From positions 1 through 25,226 of IMG/VR virus record IMGVR_UViG_3300034375_010173: 25,226 bases of DNA; one strand, written 5' to 3'. Each line of letters begins with the position of its first letter. Positions within the stretch are counted from its first letter, which is position 1. Below are positions 14,669 to 24,040 of the stretch, piece by piece. The stretch comes from a virus. Lineage: Duplodnaviria > Caudoviricetes. Under the pieces are notes generated by a model. It was not told where the DNA came from. It saw nothing but the letters and a program-made list of their open reading frames with translations, and searched no databases. The position numbers and the translations under genes were made by a program.

Positions 14669-16846
14669 TTATTCATCTCCAGAAAGCAGGCTTCGAGTGC
14701 TAAACGAGAGAGGCCTGCCAGACTGACGGGCGAGGATCTGCATTAGTTCATCCCTTCGAGTGGAATAGCGATCCAGAAGATCGAGGAAGTCATCAGTCTT
14801 GGTTGGATCGAAGTAAACCTGACCCAGGTTCCTGGCAATCTTTTCACTAGGGTCATAAGCTCGAGAGAGAAGCTGAGTCAGAGCGTTAAAGTTGTCTTTC
14901 GTTGGTGCGGGGTAGGCCGCTACTCCGAATGCGTTAAACAAGTCCTCTACCTTACTGAGGGAGTTCATCTCGTCCAACTGGCTAGCCGTAGTCGAGTTCC
15001 CCTTCACCTGGCCATAGGTCCTAGCCATCCTTGTCTCTTGCGTTCTGACCCCATCATAGTAGCGCTTGAATGCCTCACCATCTCCCTGGAACAGAGCTCG
15101 TAGTTGGTCCTCAACATTCTGGTTGTTCAGTTTCCTCGATACGTTTGTACCTCGAGCCACTCGGTTGATCTGGTTTTTTAGAGCACTGACAAATGCCGCT
15201 TTGTATGCTGCAAGCTCATCCGGAGCAAGCAGACTCATCTGGAGCTCGATCTCATCAGCAGATTTATTACTAAAAGCCTCCGCTCCAGCGACTGCAGCCT
15301 CCTCGATCTTGTAGGTATTCTCCCTGGTTTTCATCAGTTCCCGGTAGACCGGATGATTTGTTGCGGTGTACAAATCCTCTCGAATCTCTGATAACACACC
15401 CAGAGCATCCTTGTCTTTTGCTGCCTGGGAGCCATCGTATCGTTGAGCCACTACATCGATCCCACTACGAGCATTCTCTGTAGTCTGGAGAGGGACAGTA
15501 ATCTGGTCCTCGAGCTCTCCCTGATAATCAGGTCGCCTTGTGTCAGGTCTCCTCATCGCGTTGATTGCCCTACGGGTCTCTAACTCTTGACGGACTGCTG
15601 GATTACGGTTGATTGGTTCCAAGATCGCCTGGGCATCAATTGGATCCTCTCGGATGATGTTCAATATCGGAGCTTCCGTATCTCTGATGACTTCCTGAGC
15701 TTGGGACTGTTGAAACGGAGACACTCCTGGAGCAATCATCTCATCCGATCGTTGGCCAATTCGGCTGGCCATCTGCTCCTGACGTGGTCTGAGGAACTGA
15801 TCGGCCAGGGTTGCAGCCTCCGGGCTCTTATTGACAATTGCCCGAGTCTGCTTGAGTACTCCTTCTTCACCGAGGTCTGGGTATATCGTGTTGGTATATC
15901 CGAGGTCCTTGGCTTCCTGCTGTCTGGCTTTCATCTGGGCTACGGTGAGCCCGTCATCCTTCATCCTTCTGAGAGCGGTCTCGAGCTCAGGATCTCCCAA
16001 TCCCATTCGAGGAGGCTCTGGAGGAGAAGCTGCACCAGCGGCTCCTCCTGGGGGCATAGGTGGTTGTCCTCCACCAAAGAGTGGATTGACAAATTTCTGC
16101 ACGTACTCGTTACTCATCGCATCTTGGACATAAGGCATCGCCTTACCCATCATCGCACTCATTCCTGGATTGACGAGGGACCCTCCAATTGTGCTGATAA
16201 TTCCAGCACCGAGGGGGCTCCCTTCGTCACCTGGCTCACTCATCCCGGCTGCAGTGGTTACCCCTGCAGGTCCTGCGACCATCGCCCCTTGGGCTGCTGT
16301 TCGAGGAATGTTCTCGATTGCTGGCTGACCGGCTCGATAGTTTAACCCAAGTTTCCCTGTCCCAGCGATCAGGGCCTCCCCTGCTGGATCCGCTACCTTG
16401 GCTGGACTGAAGCTGACTCCTGTTCCTGGTATTCTTTGCTTGGGGAAGAATGGCATCGCAAACCCGGAAGCGGTTGCAGCGGTAGAGAGCCCTGGTTGTT
16501 GCTCTGCGAACTGCCTGCGCTCTGCTCGAATCTTCCCAACGGTCTGGTCATAATCCTCACCCAGGAGAGCTCGAGCTCCTGCTTCGAGCTCGTCTCCCCA
16601 CTCCATCAGAGGAACGGCTAGGAGATCTCTGGCTACTCCGAGAGAGTTTTTCAGCAGCCCTTCGACAAAAGCTCCAAACTGATCAGGCTTTGCGTTGACC
16701 TCCCGCTCAATCGACTTCCTTACTGCTTCCTCAAACCGAGCTCGAGAATAACCGTTGTCTTCCAGTGTTCGGTTGATCACTTCCTCTGGAGCTCCGTTAG
16801 CTCGTCGTCGAGCAACGAGAGCCAGCAGTTTTTGCAGTCTAGTCAT
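14669..16846 (-). CDS. Large internal virion / DNA ejection protein (last gene of the late operon)
   Basis: 725 aa, helical; WGDELEAGARA..Y...V..IR...F..QP pattern, Gly/Ala-rich hydrophobic segments, GNSTTA motif; positioned like P22 gp16. Confidence 0.65.
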   Translation of the reverse strand: MTRLQKLLALVARRRANGAPEEVINRTLEDNGYSRARFEEAVRKSIEREVNAKPDQFGAFVEGLLKNSLGVARDLLAVPLMEWGDELEAGARALLGEDYDQTVGKIRAERRQFAEQQPGLSTAATASGFAMPFFPKQRIPGTGVSFSPAKVADPAGEALIAGTGKLGLNYRAGQPAIENIPRTAAQGAMVAGPAGVTTAAGMSEPGDEGSPLGAGIISTIGGSLVNPGMSAMMGKAMPYVQDAMSNEYVQKFVNPLFGGGQPPMPPGGAAGAASPPEPPRMGLGDPELETALRRMKDDGLTVAQMKARQQEAKDLGYTNTIYPDLGEEGVLKQTRAIVNKSPEAATLADQFLRPRQEQMASRIGQRSDEMIAPGVSPFQQSQAQEVIRDTEAPILNIIREDPIDAQAILEPINRNPAVRQELETRRAINAMRRPDTRRPDYQGELEDQITVPLQTTENARSGIDVVAQRYDGSQAAKDKDALGVLSEIREDLYTATNHPVYRELMKTRENTYKIEEAAVAGAEAFSNKSADEIELQMSLLAPDELAAYKAAFVSALKNQINRVARGTNVSRKLNNQNVEDQLRALFQGDGEAFKRYYDGVRTQETRMARTYGQVKGNSTTASQLDEMNSLSKVEDLFNAFGVAAYPAPTKDNFNALTQLLSRAYDPSEKIARNLGQVYFDPTKTDDFLDLLDRYSTRRDELMQILARQSGRPLSFSTRSLLSGDE

Positions 16847-18302
16847 ATTGTGAGTCTTCTTCTCGGAGTTTTAGACCTTCCACGCTTGGATCTTGGACAG
16901 TAGGCTGAATAACTTGTATCGGAGTAAGCCCAAACATATCGGCGTGACCGTTAGCGAAGTCCTCTGGCTTTTTCGGTGGGGCTTCACCGGATGCAATCAT
17001 CGCTCGCTCCTGTTGTGCGCGAGCTCTTGCTCGACGCTTGGCGTTGACTACTGCTTCAGAGTCTCCAGCGATTGGGAAGTAGATGCTACGGTAATTATCG
17101 TATTCATCCTGTCCGATTGCTGCACCAGACTCCTGTCGTAGGACAAGAACGATCCACTCGTTTTGCAGACCTTCGTTTCTCCGGAAAGTGTCAGACTGGA
17201 AATACTTCCCAGCTAATGGGATTCCTCCAACAACCTGATTCTGCAAGTAGTCACCGGTATCCATCGGGATATCTGCACCTACCTTCTGGATCTCATCCTC
17301 GATCTGGTTCATCTCACCAATCAGAGCCTGGGCCTCAAGGACCTGTTGTGAAGGCCTCTTTGTGCTTTCCTGAGATACGGATTCAATCCGATCTCGATTT
17401 GCTGACAGATTTGGATACCTTGCCCGAATGAAATCGGGAATCTTTTTGTAGATTGATTTCTGGGTCTGGGAACCGTCCTTGTTGAATTGGGTCTCAGTCT
17501 TTGCTGGTAACCCGTAGGCGTTATTGAAGGCAATCTGTGCCTCTGGACTCTCCTCGGTCATCCCCTCCATTAAGAGAATCCGGTTGTTGTCATCGAGCTT
17601 AGGACCGGCTGCTGGCCTTGCAGGAGCATTCTTCGCTTCCTCCTGGCGAATCTCGCTCATCACAGCGTTGTAGTTATTGGATAGTTCCCCATCCTGGTCA
17701 CGCTCGTTTGCCATCCCTCGAAGCGCTTTCTTCTGATCTCCTGTCAGGGCCTTGGAGTTGTTGATCAGGTTCAACAAATCGGCTCTTTGTGTCTCATTCA
17801 GTGCAGGCTGGCCAGCATACTTGGCCAAGACCTTTTGCCCCTCTGATGGCCCGGCAGCGAGTAGATACTGACGAGTCTGGTTTGTTGGATCAGGGAAGAG
17901 CCCAATTACCTGCTCTCGGTATCGCTGTAGTTCAGCCTCTGGCCGGTTCAGTGTCCCTAAAGCACTGGCCGCGGTCGCATCGGCCTGACGGGTCAGAGCC
18001 TCTCTATATTTGCGCTCAATCTCTTCAGTCTCTCGTTTCTTCCGTTCCTCTTCCTCCTTGGCCTGCATTGCCTGCATTGCCTGTTCATACAGCAGTTGGT
18101 TCTGCAGCCCCTGGTTGTACCCTTCGACTCCCCCCTGGGCGGCTCCTCGGAGCACCTGATCCAGACGAGCTCCTTCTCCGGCAGCGATCCCCTGACCAGC
18201 CTGGTAGAGAGCCATTCTCCAGGGATCCATTGCAATTGGATTTACCTTGAATTGGTTATAGGCAGCTTGAAGCTGCTCGTCATCGAGGAGTCCTGGATAC
18301 AT
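16839..18302 (-). CDS. Probable DNA ejection/transfer protein
   Basis: LRQESGAAIGQDEY....YFPIAGDSEAVVNAKRRAR motif typical of podoviral internal proteins; coiled-coil N-terminus. Confidence 0.7.
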   Translation of the reverse strand: MYPGLLDDEQLQAAYNQFKVNPIAMDPWRMALYQAGQGIAAGEGARLDQVLRGAAQGGVEGYNQGLQNQLLYEQAMQAMQAKEEEERKKRETEEIERKYREALTRQADATAASALGTLNRPEAELQRYREQVIGLFPDPTNQTRQYLLAAGPSEGQKVLAKYAGQPALNETQRADLLNLINNSKALTGDQKKALRGMANERDQDGELSNNYNAVMSEIRQEEAKNAPARPAAGPKLDDNNRILLMEGMTEESPEAQIAFNNAYGLPAKTETQFNKDGSQTQKSIYKKIPDFIRARYPNLSANRDRIESVSQESTKRPSQQVLEAQALIGEMNQIEDEIQKVGADIPMDTGDYLQNQVVGGIPLAGKYFQSDTFRRNEGLQNEWIVLVLRQESGAAIGQDEYDNYRSIYFPIAGDSEAVVNAKRRARARAQQERAMIASGEAPPKKPEDFANGHADMFGLTPIQVIQPTVQDPSVEGLKLREEDSQYD

Positions 18303-19000
18303 TAGAAGCCTCTGAGTCTATCGAAATATTTATTTGCCATCTGATCTGCTTGGCCTGCCAAAAAGTCCCCAGCCTCTGGGCTGATCAATCCGTAGGCCTT
18401 GGCACGTTGCACCTCTGCCATCTCACTGCCGTAGTCTGGAGCATTACGCATTCCTCCAGGATTGCGAGAGGCAAAAGCTGCTAGTTGTCTGCGCTCTGGG
18501 CTGACTCTCTTCATCAGAGGAATGTCCTCCATCATCTGAGGCCGATTGAATGGGTACTCTGAGCGCATCATACGGGTCATCGCAGCCGTAGACGAGGGAG
18601 GATCTAGTTCTCTTAATGATACGTATTCTGGATAGTCTCTCCGGTAGTTTCTTGCAACGCCTTGCCGTCCAGTTCTCGGCTTTGGTCCCATTGCGTTTGC
18701 TGACTGCAATACGTCCATCAGTCTTGGTCTTCCTGGACTTACCTCTACGGTTGTCTTGGTGATTGCTTGAGGTCTTGGTCTGCCTCTCCCTCTCGACCCA
18801 AAGGCTGCCCCCATTTGTGAGCTCATCGGGCTGGCTGGCTCATCAGACAGCAGCCCTCGGAAGTAGTCACCAATATCATCGAACATATTCGAATAGTCGT
18901 ACTCGGTCAGAGTGTCGTAGAGATCTGCCGTGTTATCTACCGTACTGTTGAGGAAGTCCTTAACGTCCTGGCGATCGATATCATCTAATAGTCCAAACAT
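18302..19000 (-). CDS. Hypothetical protein in the ejection-protein cluster
   Basis: GGAG RBS; acidic N-terminus and basic disordered middle; translationally coupled to the next gene. Confidence 0.7.
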   Translation of the reverse strand: MFGLLDDIDRQDVKDFLNSTVDNTADLYDTLTEYDYSNMFDDIGDYFRGLLSDEPASPMSSQMGAAFGSRGRGRPRPQAITKTTVEVSPGRPRLMDVLQSANAMGPKPRTGRQGVARNYRRDYPEYVSLRELDPPSSTAAMTRMMRSEYPFNRPQMMEDIPLMKRVSPERRQLAAFASRNPGGMRNAPDYGSEMAEVQRAKAYGLISPEAGDFLAGQADQMANKYFDRLRGF

Positions 19001-19012
19001 CTTTTTCTCCTA

Positions 19013-20740
19013 TCAATCTGGACCGAATCCAGAGTTAGCCCCCAGAGTAGGAGCATTATTGTATTGAACCGGGGCATCTCCAAATAGCCCTCCAAACTGG
19101 CTAAGTCCACTCATATTCTGAGGGACTCCTGCACCAAGAGCACCGAGACCCCCACCGATCAGAGCTCCCCAGGGACCTCCTGCCGCTGCGCCAGAGAGAG
19201 CTCCTCCAATGATTCCAGAGAGACCTCCTCCACCGCCAGAAGTGGGCTGCTGTGTGTAGATCAGCCGAGAGCCTAACCCTCCAGCGCTATTGAGATTGGT
19301 CAGATACTGCTGAGGGAAATTCTGGGTCTCATCAACAAACTGCTGATAGTTAAAGTCAGCTTGAGCTTGATTCCGAGCATCCTGGTTCTGACCCATCTGC
19401 AGCCGATCGTAGAGTTGCTGACGGGTCCGGTCATCCATCTGTCCACCAAGCTGCCCTTGCAGTTGGGCTGCACTCAGGGCTGCGTTGTTCGCAGCCTGAC
19501 CGTATTGGGCTTGAGAAGCTGCATCCTGCAACCTGTTTCTCTGCAGGTTTTCCTGAGACTGTGCTGTCAGAGATTGACCCGCTAGGTTCCCTTGGCTCTG
19601 GTAGCCTCTCACGTTCTGAGTCTCACTGGCAGTTAACCCCAGACGCTTCATCTGTTCATCCTGGGCCATTTGACTGGCAGTGTTGAACCCTTGCTGCCGT
19701 AGTTGGCCAGAAAGTGCGCCTGCTCTGTCCATAAAATTGCGATTATTCTCAGCCTGCATTAAAGCCGCTCTCGATCCACCAAAGGCTCCCTGCTTGGCAG
19801 CGGAGCTCGAGATCTCGTTAGCAGTCATCTTACGAGCTCGATCCAAATCCTTTAGTGATTGGTTCACAACCTGATCGGTGTACGGGTTCTGGAATTGCTG
19901 CATATTATCCGCAAAGCTTTTCCCAGAGTAATTCACCGGACCAGCCAGATTGGCGTTCGCATTCCCGTAGCTGGTTGCCGTTGGGCCAGTCGATTCGTAC
20001 TGGTTCCCCTGGTTCATCAGTTGGCCAGCCCGATTGAATGCGTTCTGCTGCGAGTTCGCATTATTATTGTAGATTGCAGTCTCTGCCGCAGTGGTCCGGT
20101 CGCTTGGTGCAGCAAAGCGCTCGCCTTCGTACTTCTGGAATTGATCGGGGAGATTCATCCCGTACTGGGCTTGTTTCTGAGCTAGGTCTTTGTAGTATTG
20201 AGGAGCGCTGATGCCACCACCAGCGGCTGCGCCACCTCCTCCACCTAAAGCCCCAGCTAGATCTCCTAGCACACCACCAATCTGGCCTCCGAGGTGTTCC
20301 AGGCCTTTTCTTGTTTGGTCAATACCTGACTGGACTCCCTTCCCAATATCCGTTGGGATGTCTTGGACACCAGCAACATTCCCACGGATCATCCCTTCAG
20401 TTGATCCTACGGCTCCCTTGAGGTTGCCTCGGATCATCCCGTCCAAGGGAGTTCCTTCCAGCATCTGCATCCCAGGTGCTGAATAGACCCCGTCGATTGC
20501 TGCTCGAGTCAGATCTGCACTGTTGCCGACGAGCCCACTGCCCGTATTGACAACAGCACCTCCCATCGTCTGTAGCCCTCGGAGATCTCCGGATCCTACT
20601 TGTTGAGCCCCTTGGACTACTCCTTGAGCTCCTTGAGTTACATTCCCAACGGCTCCCTGGAGAGCTCCGGTTGCTCCTCCCACAGCCTTCTTTACTCCGC
20701 TTACAGCCTTACTGATTGGGTTCCCACCACCTCCACACAT
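19013..20740 (-). CDS. Gly/Gln/Ala-rich pilot/ejection protein
   Basis: MCGGGG start, FQNPYTDQVV...GAFGGSR..L...E motif, C-terminal glycine zipper GGALSGAAAGGPWGALIGGGLGALG. Confidence 0.75.
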   Translation of the reverse strand: MCGGGGNPISKAVSGVKKAVGGATGALQGAVGNVTQGAQGVVQGAQQVGSGDLRGLQTMGGAVVNTGSGLVGNSADLTRAAIDGVYSAPGMQMLEGTPLDGMIRGNLKGAVGSTEGMIRGNVAGVQDIPTDIGKGVQSGIDQTRKGLEHLGGQIGGVLGDLAGALGGGGGAAAGGGISAPQYYKDLAQKQAQYGMNLPDQFQKYEGERFAAPSDRTTAAETAIYNNNANSQQNAFNRAGQLMNQGNQYESTGPTATSYGNANANLAGPVNYSGKSFADNMQQFQNPYTDQVVNQSLKDLDRARKMTANEISSSAAKQGAFGGSRAALMQAENNRNFMDRAGALSGQLRQQGFNTASQMAQDEQMKRLGLTASETQNVRGYQSQGNLAGQSLTAQSQENLQRNRLQDAASQAQYGQAANNAALSAAQLQGQLGGQMDDRTRQQLYDRLQMGQNQDARNQAQADFNYQQFVDETQNFPQQYLTNLNSAGGLGSRLIYTQQPTSGGGGGLSGIIGGALSGAAAGGPWGALIGGGLGALGAGVPQNMSGLSQFGGLFGDAPVQYNNAPTLGANSGFGPD

Positions 20741-20749
20741 AAGCCTCTC

Positions 20750-21106
20750 CTATAATTCCATTACTATTTTTTTGGTTTTGAATCCGAGCTTATTGAGGAT
20801 CCGTTGGTACGCTGGGTTGCCCTCTTGTCGAAACACATCGACGATGTCTTTTACCTGGTCAATCATCTTTGGGATCACCTCTTCCATTATCTCCTGCATA
20901 TCGCCTGCGATGATCCAGCCGTTGCACACCTTCTTCCCATCATCATCTGTCGAGAAGTATGTGATCAGTAGGCTCTGGTTACTGTGGGCTTTCCACAACT
21001 GAGCTCGTCCATCCAGTAACGTGTTGAGGACCTCTTGGACTGTGGCATCAATCCCATCTCGCTCCAGGGCCTTGCGAATCAGTGGGTAGAAGTGGCTCTC
21101 GATCAT
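20750..21106 (-). CDS. GNAT-fold-like virion assembly protein (P22 gp14/T7 gp13 position)
   Basis: 118 aa; ..G.AQLW....IAGDM....G....RIL.KLGF pattern; lies between the tail protein and ejection genes. Confidence 0.55.
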   Translation of the reverse strand: MIESHFYPLIRKALERDGIDATVQEVLNTLLDGRAQLWKAHSNQSLLITYFSTDDDGKKVCNGWIIAGDMQEIMEEVIPKMIDQVKDIVDVFRQEGNPAYQRILNKLGFKTKKIVMEL

Positions 21107-21315
21107 ACGGCTGTTGTGCTCAAAACTCCGGAGTTGTCTACCTCGATTTTGTACCTTGTCCCATTCGGGGAAACGATGATCAACGACTGCTCACTATTGA
21201 GCTCGATGTCGCTCCCTTTCTGATAACTGAGACCAAGCGACTGGCTGATCTGCTGAAAGGCATTTGAAAAAAATCCAGAGTTGTAAAAAGTTGGTGGACT
21301 CGGCAGATAGCTCAT
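21103..21315 (-). CDS. Small virion-associated protein (LIIVSPNGTRYKIEVDNSGVLST)
   Basis: ATGA overlaps on both sides; SPNG..Y...V.N.G.L motif. Confidence 0.7.
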   Translation of the reverse strand: MSYLPSPPTFYNSGFFSNAFQQISQSLGLSYQKGSDIELNSEQSLIIVSPNGTRYKIEVDNSGVLSTTAV

Positions 21316-23102
21316 CTAGTCCCTCCAGGGTGAAGCTCCAATCTTGGAGAGCCAACCGTCCAGTCACTCGTGAGCTCACCAGATACCTTGAGGCGGATCT
21401 GTCGTCCCTGCAGCCTTGTATCAATCACACCATCGGACTCCAATGGGAATGCAGAACTCTCCGTTTCTGCAGCATCCCCCGAGGAGCTCGTAAAGAAACT
21501 GTAGTTGACTACCCCGGCAGCCTGTTGATCTGTGTCTGTGTAGATCTTACTGACTCTCGTGTAGCGTTGACCCTGATTGATATCGATCGCTCCACTCTCC
21601 GCAAATGCCAGCGTGGTCTGGGTTGGGTCTGTGTTCTCGTGCATATACAGTTTGTTGTCAGTTGGATCTGCAGCCAATGGTGCGTTGATCACCGTTGCAT
21701 CCATCCAACTGTTTCGAGAGATTCCACTGGGGCTTGACGAGTCGTACCAGACGTTGTCTCTGTAATTCCAGACCACAAAATAATCACACTGACCTAATGC
21801 CCCAGTCTTGCTTGGACACCAGAAAATCACTTCTCCAAACTCAGCATTCGACCCGCACGTAATCAATCCCTCCTGAGTCCAGTCCACTGTACGAATGACT
21901 CGATCCTGGATCGGGCAGGCTAGAGGCTTCACGTACCCGTCATATTGCCAGAACCCAGAAGAGTTCAGCCAAATCGTCACCTCGGAAGAAGAGTGAACTG
22001 CGTGGGGAGACATCACCCCACAGTTTTCTGCAAGCCTCTGGACTCCGTAGACCAAAGGGCTTCCCAGATAGCTGAGGAGGTGGCAATCGACTTCCGTGAA
22101 GATTAGGGTCCCTCCGCGAACTCGCTTGGCACAGACTGCATATCCAGTGGTCTGCAGTGTCAGATCTCCAGCGGTATTGGTGCTCGTTGGAGCCCACTCG
22201 TCTACCGTCTCCCGGTGGCTCCAACGAATCAGCCGAGCATCATTATCAGCCCCGATCGCTAGCACGTGACGCTCCTGCGTCACGCAGATCGCTACTGCAC
22301 TGGGAGCAGTTTGCGTATACCCGTTTGCTGTTGTGATTTTTAACGCCAAGTTTGCTGGATCCAGATCCCACTGGAAAAGAGTCTTGTCTGAGCTACTTAC
22401 CCCCAGGAGCGTTTGACCAAAATTATCCAGGATCCAGTGAGCGCTGCGTGAGTAACTGGTTGTTCCTGCTGAAGAATACGTATAGCCAAACGGATATCCT
22501 TGTCCGTATGTCCACGAGCCGTAACCTGGAGTAAAAACTGTATCTCCCGTAGCCTGGTAGCCTGTGGGTGTGATGTTGATGAATTTCTGACGTGCAGCCG
22601 TAGGTGTTACGGTCACCGTAATATTCGTAGCTGTCGCTGTGCAAGCATTCGATAGAGTGACCGTGTTTGTCGATACGCTTGAGATCGTTGTGTCTGCTGG
22701 GATCCCTGCTCCGCTGATCTGATCCCCAGGCTCGTAGGCTGTGCCATCATCCACTGTGATATCGGCAGAGCCGTCCGTAGTGTCTGCTGTGGAGTCTGTA
22801 AAGCTGGCTGGAATCACTACAGAGCAGGCATACAACTGCCCGTAGGATCCAGAAACTCCGACAGTGCCAAATGCCATTAGCCCAGATTGCAGATTGTTTC
22901 TCCAGGAGTGAGCTCCTCGTACTGCTGAATCCAGGCTCTCGGAATGCCTGCTCAATGGAAGCTCTGTCCAGCCTCCCATCGGTCGCAGCCTCCCGTCTCT
23001 GAATCTGACGAAATTTCCGGAAAGCCACCGTTGCTTTATTTGTCTTGGGGTCCCGTCTGTAAATCCTGGCGGGAAGCTCGTCTCAAGTAGTCTTTTTGGC
23101 AT
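21312..23102 (-). CDS. Tail/head-stabilisation protein (P22 gp10/tail tubular B-like) with an inserted Thr-rich beta domain
   Basis: PPG...W...FVRFRDG...MGGW start, W.LDNFG..L, IRWS..E...W.P..TNTAG, R.QGRQI end; podoviral gene order. Confidence 0.75.
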   Translation of the reverse strand: MPKRLLETSFPPGFTDGTPRQIKQRWLSGNFVRFRDGRLRPMGGWTELPLSRHSESLDSAVRGAHSWRNNLQSGLMAFGTVGVSGSYGQLYACSVVIPASFTDSTADTTDGSADITVDDGTAYEPGDQISGAGIPADTTISSVSTNTVTLSNACTATATNITVTVTPTAARQKFINITPTGYQATGDTVFTPGYGSWTYGQGYPFGYTYSSAGTTSYSRSAHWILDNFGQTLLGVSSSDKTLFQWDLDPANLALKITTANGYTQTAPSAVAICVTQERHVLAIGADNDARLIRWSHRETVDEWAPTSTNTAGDLTLQTTGYAVCAKRVRGGTLIFTEVDCHLLSYLGSPLVYGVQRLAENCGVMSPHAVHSSSEVTIWLNSSGFWQYDGYVKPLACPIQDRVIRTVDWTQEGLITCGSNAEFGEVIFWCPSKTGALGQCDYFVVWNYRDNVWYDSSSPSGISRNSWMDATVINAPLAADPTDNKLYMHENTDPTQTTLAFAESGAIDINQGQRYTRVSKIYTDTDQQAAGVVNYSFFTSSSGDAAETESSAFPLESDGVIDTRLQGRQIRLKVSGELTSDWTVGSPRLELHPGGTR

Positions 23103-23340
23103 TCGCTCGATATCGTTTGAGTGCTTTGATGCCTAACACAATTGCGAATGGGGCTCCCAGGAGAGCGACTGCTCCCTCTGCAAAACCTGACTCTAACGCC
23201 AGATCCAACACACCAAGAGCCTGATCCTCGAGAGCGAGCTCGGTCTTGGCGACGAGCTCGTCAGTCACTGCATCAGTCGCTTTTTCAATCAGCGTCTTCT
23301 CAGCCCCTGCCTTGATATAATCCAGTAGTACATCTTCCAT
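23083..23340 (-). CDS. Hypothetical membrane-anchored protein in the lysis cluster
   Basis: C-terminal hydrophobic stretch GAVALLGAPFAIVLGI followed by a basic tail. Confidence 0.65.
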   Translation of the reverse strand: MEDVLLDYIKAGAEKTLIEKATDAVTDELVAKTELALEDQALGVLDLALESGFAEGAVALLGAPFAIVLGIKALKRYRANAKKTT

Positions 23341-23708
23341 CAGTAACTCCAGACTGCTGGGATATCCCGATCATCTACGTGCAGGTAGCGAGACTCTACC
23401 GGGCCACGAAACGAGCAGCCCAGGCCTTTGAATCCGTGTTTGATCGCGAGCTCGAGGAGTCGATACCCATCGTAGCCCACAAGTAGGTCAGCGGCTCTGC
23501 CAAGACCGTGGTATCCAACCTTGTCCTTCTTGGCCTCCGCTGGATGAGATTTGTCTCTGAATGCGGAGCTCACGCGAATCGGCTTTCCGTATTCTTCTCG
23601 GAGAGCCTCCAGGCGATCAAGGAAAGACTGCTCCATCTCACAGCGACCAGTGTGTTTGCACTGGAGCTCCTCTCTTGAAAATCTTGGGCTGTGATCTGCT
23701 GTACTCAC
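23340..23708 (-). CDS. Peptidase M15A-family endolysin
   Basis: FS..EL.C, LE.LRE..GKPI.VSSAFR, H..GRAAD, YLHVD zinc-ligand motifs. Confidence 0.9.
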   Translation of the reverse strand: MSTADHSPRFSREELQCKHTGRCEMEQSFLDRLEALREEYGKPIRVSSAFRDKSHPAEAKKDKVGYHGLGRAADLLVGYDGYRLLELAIKHGFKGLGCSFRGPVESRYLHVDDRDIPAVWSY

Positions 23709-23986
23709 CTTCTCTCCCCGTGTTCAATCGTTTGTTTCAGTTCGCTTATTGCTACGGTCATTTCCTTTAGAGTGGTATTTACTCCGGTCATTATCTGAAT
23801 TAACTGATTGTGCGAACTGGACATTAAATTCCGCAAAGCCTCATCGTTTACACTATCCTTGTCATAAAGGATTTTTCGTTCTTCTCGATGTTGATCGGAG
23901 ATGTAGCGGACGTACCAACCAGCACCAATTAGCGCGATGAATAGGCCACCCAGGTTCGATAACTCTTTAATCAATTCTATATCCAT
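23705..23986 (-). CDS. Putative holin (one transmembrane helix plus coiled coil)
   Basis: TM segment GGLFIALIGAGWYV; directly upstream of and overlapping the endolysin. Confidence 0.55.
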   Translation of the reverse strand: MDIELIKELSNLGGLFIALIGAGWYVRYISDQHREERKILYDKDSVNDEALRNLMSSSHNQLIQIMTGVNTTLKEMTVAISELKQTIEHGERR

Positions 23987-24040
23987 CGTTTTACTCGTTT
24001 TGCTTCTGCTGGCATTGCTCGGCCTAGTTGGGGTTATTGG

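Noticed and set aside
15587-16345. Long plus-strand ORFs (252 aa here; also 7610..8203, 17789..18250, 21264..21737 and others)
   Set aside because: Antisense shadows of well-supported minus-strand genes, with no motifs or RBS.
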